A DNA stretch of 64,000 bases from Candidatus Bathyarchaeota archaeon (GTDB lineage: Archaea > Thermoproteota > Bathyarchaeia > Bathyarchaeales > Bathycorpusculaceae): NCBI GenBank assembly GCA_963827165.1, contig CAWGZR010000005.1, positions 768,001 through 832,000 of the forward strand, given 5' to 3'. The notes beneath the pieces are model-generated. The model was not told the DNA's origin and did not search any database. It was given only the letters and a program-made list of their open reading frames with translations. Below, piece after piece: positions 57,769 through 64,000 of the stretch. A program made the translations under genes and the position numbers. Every line of letters begins with the position of its first letter. Position 1 is the first letter of the stretch.

Positions 57769-58896
57769 TCACTCGCTTGAGTTCTGGTTGTTATGAAGCT
57801 CAGAGAGCCTTAGCAGGGTTTCTTTGTAGACTTGGATGGCGTTTTGGTATTCGCTTATGTCTATGTGTTCGTCTAGGGTGTGATCGAGACGGGAGTTGCC
57901 GGGTCCATAGGTGACTATTGGGAGGTTCATAGCTTTTCCCAGGATGTTCATGTCGCCTGTTCCCGTCTTATGCAGGAGCGTCGCAGGCTTATTGAGCACT
58001 TTGCGTACCGACGAAGAGAAAACGTGCACGAGCGGAGACGCCTTGTTCGCCTCGAAAGGCTCGACGGTGTCCAGCACAGTTGCTTTTACAGATACCTTCG
58101 GGTTAGCCGCCTGGTACTTCGCAATTATCTTCTCTATCTGCTCAAAAACCTGCGCCGTGGAAAATTGGATCGGGACACGAACATCAATGTTCATTTCAGC
58201 CTCGAAGGGAACGACAGACATCGCTCTGCCGCCTGCAATCTTTACCAAGCAGGCGGTAACCGCGTTAAATGGACTCACGGAAGGATCCAGCGACGGATAA
58301 GAGGATGCGTTCTTGATTTGCTCCCAAACCTCATATGATTTTTCTAAGGCGTTATCGTAGAGCCAAGGTGTAGAAGAATGTCCCGTCTCGGTCCTGCAGA
58401 CGACCTTGAGTTGAATCTGCCCTTTGTAGCCGATTGTGATGTTTTCGACGCCGCTGGGTTCGCCAAAAATAGCGTAGTCAGCCTTGATCCCCTGAGTGAT
58501 AAGGTGCTTAACGCCCCGGCTAGTAGCCTCCTCCTCAACCACACTCGCAACCAAGATTTTGCCCTTAAACGCGGATTCTCGTGCCGCGGAAACCGCGGCC
58601 ATAATCATGGCGGCAAGAGGACCCTTCGCATCAACGGCGCCTCGTGCGTAGATTTTGCCTTCTTCGATGCGGAGCGGTAGATGCCCGGATACTGTGTCCA
58701 TGTGGCCGCAAAGCAAAATGACCGGATCGCCTTCGCCGACGACGCCGATTACGTTTCCAATTGTGTCTTTGCCAACTTCGAAACCCATCTTCTTCATTTC
58801 AACAGCTAAGAAATTAGCGGCATCCTCTTCTTTGCCCGATGGGCTATAGATACCCAGAAGATTAGTTAGGAACCGTACTGCTTCCTGCTCGCTCAT
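57769..58896 (-). CDS. lysK: [LysW]-lysine/ornithine hydrolase (M20 family)
   Basis: SPSG.E, GHMDTV, RGAVDAKG, EE, GEPS, YGPG...DH. Confidence 0.9.
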   Translation of the reverse strand: MSEQEAVRFLTNLLGIYSPSGKEEDAANFLAVEMKKMGFEVGKDTIGNVIGVVGEGDPVILLCGHMDTVSGHLPLRIEEGKIYARGAVDAKGPLAAMIMAAVSAARESAFKGKILVASVVEEEATSRGVKHLITQGIKADYAIFGEPSGVENITIGYKGQIQLKVVCRTETGHSSTPWLYDNALEKSYEVWEQIKNASSYPSLDPSVSPFNAVTACLVKIAGGRAMSVVPFEAEMNIDVRVPIQFSTAQVFEQIEKIIAKYQAANPKVSVKATVLDTVEPFEANKASPLVHVFSSSVRKVLNKPATLLHKTGTGDMNILGKAMNLPIVTYGPGNSRLDHTLDEHIDISEYQNAIQVYKETLLRLSELHNNQNSSE

Positions 58897-60076
58897 TCTC
58901 TTCCTCACCTAAAACTTCATCCAGCACCCCTACGGCACGGTCAATCTGCTCTTTTGAAATCACCAAAGGCGGCAACAATCGAACAACGGTTCTTCCAGCA
59001 TCCAAAATCAATACACCCTTAGCCGCAGCCTTCAAAATCACATTCAAAACATCGAAGCGCAGTTCCATGCCTAGCATCAAACCTAAACCCCGAACTTCCT
59101 TTATAATTCTATGCTTAGATTGCAGCCGCTCCAGTTCACTCTTGAAGTAACTGCCCATTTCAGACGCGCGCAAAGTTAAGTTTTCTTCGACAAGGGCAGC
59201 TATTGCTGCGCATCCAGCAGCACAAACTAGTGGACTGCCGCTGAAAGTGGTAGAGTGTTCGCCGACTTTAAGGGCCGACATTACATTTTCTTTAGCCACT
59301 GTTATGCCGATGGGTAAGCCGCCCGCGAACGGCTTAGCTAAACACATAATGTCAGGCGTAACACCCCAGTTTTGGCAGCCAAAAAGCTTACCGGTGCGCC
59401 CGAAACTTGTTTGCACTTCATCAAGGATAAGCAACACGTTCTTCTCGTCGCATATCTTTCGAACCTCTTGAAGGTAGCCGTCAGGAGGAACCCGAACGCC
59501 GCCTTCACCTCGGATAGGCTCCATGAGAACCGCCGCTGTTTTTTCGCTGATAGCTTCGCGGATTTTGTCAGCGTTATCGGGGGCGACATGCTTTATTTCT
59601 GGAACCAGCGGCATGAAGGGTTCACGATATTTTTTGTCCCATGTTGCGGAAAGGGCACCCATAGTTTTGCCGTGGAAACCCCCCATTAAAGCGATAATTT
59701 CTGGTTTGCACGTATATTTGCGTGCGACTTTAATGGCGCATTCGACTGATTCTGCCCCGCTGTTCGAAAGAAACACTTTGTCTAAGCCTTTAGGCGTTAA
59801 ATGGACTAGTTTGTCAACGAATTCTGCACGTCGGTCGTTGAAGTAGGCCCCATGGCATGTGATAAGCTGTTCTACTTGAGCCTGAACTGCAGCGACAACT
59901 TTCGGGTGACAGTGGCCCAGCAGCGCGACACCATAGCTGGTTGCGCAATCCACGTACTCTTTGCCGTTAATATCCCAGACAATTGCGCCTTTGCCCTTCG
60001 TCAGGACAACTGGTTTTTTGGAGAAAACGTTTGCCATGAACCTAGTTTCGACATTAATTATTTCTTGTTCATTCAC
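58862..60076 (-). CDS. lysJ: [LysW]-semialdehyde transaminase (ArgD/LysJ)
   Basis: NSGAES, FHGKT, EPI.GEGG, DEVQ..GRTG, AK..AGG. Confidence 0.92.
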   Translation of the reverse strand: MNEQEIINVETRFMANVFSKKPVVLTKGKGAIVWDINGKEYVDCATSYGVALLGHCHPKVVAAVQAQVEQLITCHGAYFNDRRAEFVDKLVHLTPKGLDKVFLSNSGAESVECAIKVARKYTCKPEIIALMGGFHGKTMGALSATWDKKYREPFMPLVPEIKHVAPDNADKIREAISEKTAAVLMEPIRGEGGVRVPPDGYLQEVRKICDEKNVLLILDEVQTSFGRTGKLFGCQNWGVTPDIMCLAKPFAGGLPIGITVAKENVMSALKVGEHSTTFSGSPLVCAAGCAAIAALVEENLTLRASEMGSYFKSELERLQSKHRIIKEVRGLGLMLGMELRFDVLNVILKAAAKGVLILDAGRTVVRLLPPLVISKEQIDRAVGVLDEVLGEEENERAGSSTVPN

Positions 60077-60878
60077 CAGTAATCACCGTACCAACCTTAT
60101 GATTCAAAGCTGAACTTATGGGCTCATTTCCCGTTCCAGCCGTGACCAAAACCTCTTTGACGCCTTGGCTTAGTGCCTCCAATGCTGCATGCACCTTAGT
60201 ACTCATACCTTGCCCGATGCCAGAGAGCACCTCTTTAACCTCTGTGGCGGCGATTTTTGGGACGTATTCACCCTTAAGCATCAAACCTTTCACGTCTGTG
60301 AGAAGAATTAAGCGGTCTGCTTTCAACGCGCCAGCAATAACTGCGGCTGTTCGGTCTCCATCTACGTTTAGTGGCTCACAGTCCTGGCTAATTGCGATTG
60401 GCGTCAAAATCGGAACATACCCCTTGCCAAGTAGCAGATTCAGCAGTTCACTGTTCACCTCAGTTATCTTTCCTGTATAGCCGCCATCGATGACTTTTTT
60501 GCGTCCCCGTTCGTCAACGGCGATAAGTTTTGTCTTCCGCTCTGCCTTCAGGGTAGCTGCATCCAACCCCGTTATGCCGACTGCGGGTACGCCTTGGCTT
60601 TGCAGGGCTAAAACTATTTGTTTGTTGATTTTGCCAGCCATAACCATGGTGTAGATCTCGATGGTTTCTTTGTCCGTGTAGCGGCTTCGGAATCCCTCGG
60701 GTGAAACGATGAATTTCTGTTCTTTTCCAAGTTTTGAGGCTACTTCGGTGACTTCTACCCCGCCGCCGTGGACAAGCACCACTTTGTTTGTTTTTGTCAC
60801 TTCTTTTAAGTCAGCGACTAAGTTTTGGGATGTACCCTCTTTGAGTATGCTTCCTCCCATCTTAATTACAAGCAGCAT
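60069..60878 (-). CDS. lysZ: [LysW]-aminoadipate/glutamate kinase
   Basis: VIKMGG, VHGGG, SRYTD, GGYTGKI, NVDGDR, GM..K; start placed at ATG 60878. Confidence 0.92.
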   Translation of the reverse strand: MLLVIKMGGSILKEGTSQNLVADLKEVTKTNKVVLVHGGGVEVTEVASKLGKEQKFIVSPEGFRSRYTDKETIEIYTMVMAGKINKQIVLALQSQGVPAVGITGLDAATLKAERKTKLIAVDERGRKKVIDGGYTGKITEVNSELLNLLLGKGYVPILTPIAISQDCEPLNVDGDRTAAVIAGALKADRLILLTDVKGLMLKGEYVPKIAATEVKEVLSGIGQGMSTKVHAALEALSQGVKEVLVTAGTGNEPISSALNHKVGTVITGE

Positions 60879-60883
60879 GGCGA

Positions 60884-61945
60884 TCACATCGGATGGAAAC
60901 CAGTGCTTTTCAGCGCTGTCGTTTCGTCGAAGCCCATGAGGATGTTCATACATTGCACCCCTTGACCTGAAGCGCCTTTGCACATGTTGTCCAGAGCGGA
61001 GAAAATTAAAAGCCGATTCGCATGTTCGTCAATTTCGAAGCCGACGTCGCAGTAGTTCGTGCCCATTGTCACTTTCGGGTCAGGCAACCGGTATGGTCCT
61101 TTCTGGTATTTCACTAAACGTATAAACGGTTCATTCCCGTACATTCCGCGGAACGCACGCCAGAGGTCTTTGTTTTCGAGTTTTTGTTTTGGAAAAGTGT
61201 GAATTGTTGCTAGGATACCGCGAACGATGTTTACGGCGTGTGGAGTGAAAGAAATTTTCACCGGTTCGCTGGATAATGCATCCAGTTCTTGTTCAATCTC
61301 TGCGATGTGGCGGTGTCCAACTACTTTGTATGGGCGAACTCCATTTGATCGCTCTGGGTGGTGTGAGGCAGGGGAAGGTTTGCTGCCGCCTCCAGAAGAA
61401 CCAACCTTGAGGTCCACGACAATTTTGTCTTTGTCAACTAGCCCTGCCTTTGCTATGGGCGCCAGCCCTAAAATGGCGGCTGTTGCTTCGCAGCCCGGAC
61501 AAGCAACGAGCTTTGCCTTCTTTATTTCTTCGCGGTGAAGCTCAGGCAAGCCATATACAGCTTCTTTGAGCATTTCTGGATGAGCGTGTTTCCAGCCATA
61601 GTAAGTTTCGTAGTCAGATGGGTTCTTGAGGCGGAAGTCAGCGCTCATATCGATTACCTTTAAGCCTCCCTCTAAAAGTTTGGGAACAAGGTTAACAGAA
61701 CCCCCGTGTGGTGTCGCCGTGAAGATTAAATCGCAGTTTTTCTGCAACTCAGCAATGTCTAGCGGCACAAACTTAAGTTGCGTTAAGCCCCGCAGATTCG
61801 GGTGAGCGTTAAACACAAATTCCCCTGCGCTTTGTCTTGAAGTGACCATAGTTACCTCTACTTGCGGGTGAAGAAGCAGTAGGCGCAGCAGTTCGCTGCC
61901 GACGTAGCCTGAACCACCGATTATTCCAATTCTCAACATTTGCAT
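60884..61945 (-). CDS. lysY: [LysW]-phosphate reductase (ArgC/LysY)
   Basis: GGSGYVG.EL, DMSADFR, YGLPE, PGC, HRH.AEI, DN..KGA.G. Confidence 0.94.
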   Translation of the reverse strand: MQMLRIGIIGGSGYVGSELLRLLLLHPQVEVTMVTSRQSAGEFVFNAHPNLRGLTQLKFVPLDIAELQKNCDLIFTATPHGGSVNLVPKLLEGGLKVIDMSADFRLKNPSDYETYYGWKHAHPEMLKEAVYGLPELHREEIKKAKLVACPGCEATAAILGLAPIAKAGLVDKDKIVVDLKVGSSGGGSKPSPASHHPERSNGVRPYKVVGHRHIAEIEQELDALSSEPVKISFTPHAVNIVRGILATIHTFPKQKLENKDLWRAFRGMYGNEPFIRLVKYQKGPYRLPDPKVTMGTNYCDVGFEIDEHANRLLIFSALDNMCKGASGQGVQCMNILMGFDETTALKSTGFHPM

Positions 61946-61965
61946 CCTTCCTCTTTACATTTTGA

Positions 61966-63150
61966 TTAACCGTCAATTAAGCTTTGAGCACCCTTCAAAA
62001 GGGGAACCGCAACGTTAAGACCCGTAGCAAGCCGAGTGTTCTCCCAGAATTCGGGACACGAATTTGATTCATGAAACACAAGGGCACCCTTATTTTTTTC
62101 TAGGCTTTCGTCGATGACGCTTTTGATGTTTTCATAACACTCGCTGTTCGCATAGAGCTGAAAAGCCTTTTCAAGCTTCGTACTCCACAATTGGAAATCA
62201 GTTAGGCGCATTTCATCCTGCTTAACCTTCTGAACGGGCAAGAACGCTTGGCCAGCCTTATCCAGCTGCCCCTTAACGTAAGCGTCATCCGCTGTTTTGT
62301 TTTCCCTGACGTTTACCATTGCATCCAAGGCAAAAATCCATGCTTCACTGCCTTTGCCAAGAGTTTTACCGCATTTCACTGCAAGTTCCTGAACAGTTCT
62401 GGGTAGTTTAGCTCCGAAAACCAGGTTGCCTAAAAAGGTGTTCGTTCTAAAATCTTTAAAGCCCGCCCGCGCCATCGCAGTCGGGTAGCAGACAGGTTGT
62501 TTACCCTTTTCTTTTGAAACGATAATCCGCAGATCGTAAAACCATTTTTCAACGAGTTCCTGCGCAACCACACCGACTGGGTTGATAATTGACGGTTTCG
62601 TTTCCTTGATATTGGCAACAAGTTCCTCAGCGTTTTTCGCCAGCATAATCATTTTGCCATGCGTTCCAGCGTCAGCCTTAATGACTATACCCTCCGCGAG
62701 AGGGATTTCCTGCTGGAAAAGTTCAGCTATGTCCTTCTCGTTGTGGATTTCTTGGCGATTCTTGAGGGTGTCGGTTGGGTCACAGGGGACATAAACTGTC
62801 TTGGGAATTGGCAAGCCTTCCTTCCATAACTTAAGCAAAGTGCGTAGTTTGCTATAGCAGACGAATTCGGCTTGGGATGTGTTTAGGGTTTTTTTGCCAA
62901 GTTGCTCCATGAAGTATGAGGCTTGGAGTCTGCGGTTTTTGCTTTGGGCACGATTAAGCACAACCGCGACGTCTTCAATTGTCGCAGTATAGTTTTTTCC
63001 TTTTGTTTTGGCTTTAAAGCCTTCTTTGGAGATAGAGAGGGCGATTTTTCTGAAGGGCAGAAAGGTCAGGTCGACGTCTAATTGATGCGCGGTTAGTTTG
63101 ATGCCGTTTTCATCATTTTCGGACCGTTCATACAAAAGGGCAATGCTCAA
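61966..63150 (-). CDS. Divergent, enlarged ATP-grasp ligase in the LysX/ArgX position
   Basis: SKL.T...L...GLPIPKT, K...G.HG, QE.V...DLR, FRTN..G, ESN..PEF; lies between lysW and lysY. Confidence 0.75.
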   Translation of the reverse strand: MSIALLYERSENDENGIKLTAHQLDVDLTFLPFRKIALSISKEGFKAKTKGKNYTATIEDVAVVLNRAQSKNRRLQASYFMEQLGKKTLNTSQAEFVCYSKLRTLLKLWKEGLPIPKTVYVPCDPTDTLKNRQEIHNEKDIAELFQQEIPLAEGIVIKADAGTHGKMIMLAKNAEELVANIKETKPSIINPVGVVAQELVEKWFYDLRIIVSKEKGKQPVCYPTAMARAGFKDFRTNTFLGNLVFGAKLPRTVQELAVKCGKTLGKGSEAWIFALDAMVNVRENKTADDAYVKGQLDKAGQAFLPVQKVKQDEMRLTDFQLWSTKLEKAFQLYANSECYENIKSVIDESLEKNKGALVFHESNSCPEFWENTRLATGLNVAVPLLKGAQSLIDG

Positions 63151-63213
63151 CGCTGTCCACCAAAAAAATACTTAAAAAACTCAACTGAATGAAAGCTTAG
63201 CAGTGAATGCTGC

Positions 63214-63420
63214 TTATTCTCCCCAGTCTTCCCCTTCAATCGTTAACTCTTGAAGGTCTACGCATCCGCCTTTGACTTGCTTAACTTCAAGTTCAAGCCC
63301 GCAACCCGGGCAGCTGAGGATTTCTCCTTTCTCCGTGTCAACTGGCACATCAAGCTCGGCGTCACAGTCAGGACATTTTGCCTTCATGCATTGGACATTT
63401 GAATTTACAGGTTTAATCAT
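63214..63420 (-). CDS. lysW: Amino-group carrier protein LysW
   Basis: CPDC..CPGC zinc ribbon, C-terminal EDWGE. Confidence 0.96.
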   Translation of the reverse strand: MIKPVNSNVQCMKAKCPDCDAELDVPVDTEKGEILSCPGCGLELEVKQVKGGCVDLQELTIEGEDWGE

Positions 63421-63668
63421 TTTTTATTCGTCACTTTATTTTTTATTGGAAATGACTTTTCCATTAATTCACTACTAAATTTAAACATTGTGACTGATTT
63501 GTTACAACTTGGACTGTGAATGTTCCATTTGGTGCATTTGTCTGGACAAGACAAACAGGAATCAGTCAACAAACACGCTGAATTCAACGAAAACCGTACC
63601 GTTCGCCACACAAATACAAGGGAAAACGTTAAATTTTCCCCAAAACAATAACCCCATGGTGAACGCGG

Positions 63669-64000
63669 TTGGATGAAAAAGACAAGGAAATAATAAAGTT
63701 ACTGAAAGATAATGCACGTGTAGGCTATGGCGAAATAGGCGCAAAAATCGCGCTATCGGAAGGTGCGGTGCGAAAAAGAATAAAAACGCTATCGGACAAC
63801 GGAACGATACTTAAATTCACAGTTAAAATCAACCTGGCGGAAGGCGCACAAGCCATAACTTTGCTTACCGCGGACACTGCTTATCCCACGCAGGAAGTTT
63901 CAAAGAAAATCCAAGCCATCCCAAACGTGGAAACAACCTATGAGGTCAGCGGCGAATACGATATTGTCGCTGTAATCGGCGGCATGAATATGGCTGAAGT
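63669..64000 (+). CDS. lysM: Lrp/AsnC regulator, LysM-like, 3'-truncated by window edge (not in ORF track)
   Basis: Hand translation MDEKDKEIIKLLKDNARVGYGEIGAKIALSEGAVRKRIK...YEVSGEYDI; GGTGA upstream; divergent from lysW. Confidence 0.85.
   Translation, partial: MDEKDKEIIKLLKDNARVGYGEIGAKIALSEGAVRKRIKTLSDNGTILKFTVKINLAEGAQAITLLTADTAYPTQEVSKKIQAIPNVETTYEVSGEYDIVAVIGGMNMAE

Noticed and set aside
173-62794. Numerous antisense or overlapping ORFs in the six-frame track
   Set aside because: They shadow well-supported genes on the opposite strand or in another frame and lack motifs.

Overview
Archaeal chromosomal window, most consistent with a TACK-lineage archaeon such as Bathyarchaeia. That placement is an inference from a PolB1-type polymerase, thermosome, exosome/proteasome operon, LysW pathway, CarS, AglB and an OST3/OSTC-like gene. 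Content is mostly housekeeping: thermosome, thymidylate synthase, two MoeA, agmatinase, RsmB, topoisomerase IA, N-glycosylation genes, PolB, RadB, Clp1-like kinase, XPD, Nth, psmA-sdo1-rrp4-rrp41-rrp42-rpl37ae and pyrF. It also holds three large amino-acid operons: aromatic (archaeal DKFP/shikimate route), ilv/leu plus pheA, and lysWXYZJK with a divergent LysM-like regulator. The most striking signal is an unannotated 27-aa leader peptide ending WFQSFGYFYYRYFP directly upstream of the aromatic operon, followed by a hairpin enclosing a U8 tract. This looks like ribosome-mediated attenuation in an archaeon, and weaker leader candidates precede ilvB, leuC and lysW. Other notable items are a 10-bp-periodic TTGAC array upstream of psmA, a eukaryote-like OST cluster, several micro-proteins missing from the ORF track, and three apparent single-base lesions that may be sequencing errors. 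No rRNA, tRNA, CRISPR array or transposase was seen. All product calls are from motif recognition by eye, not database searches.
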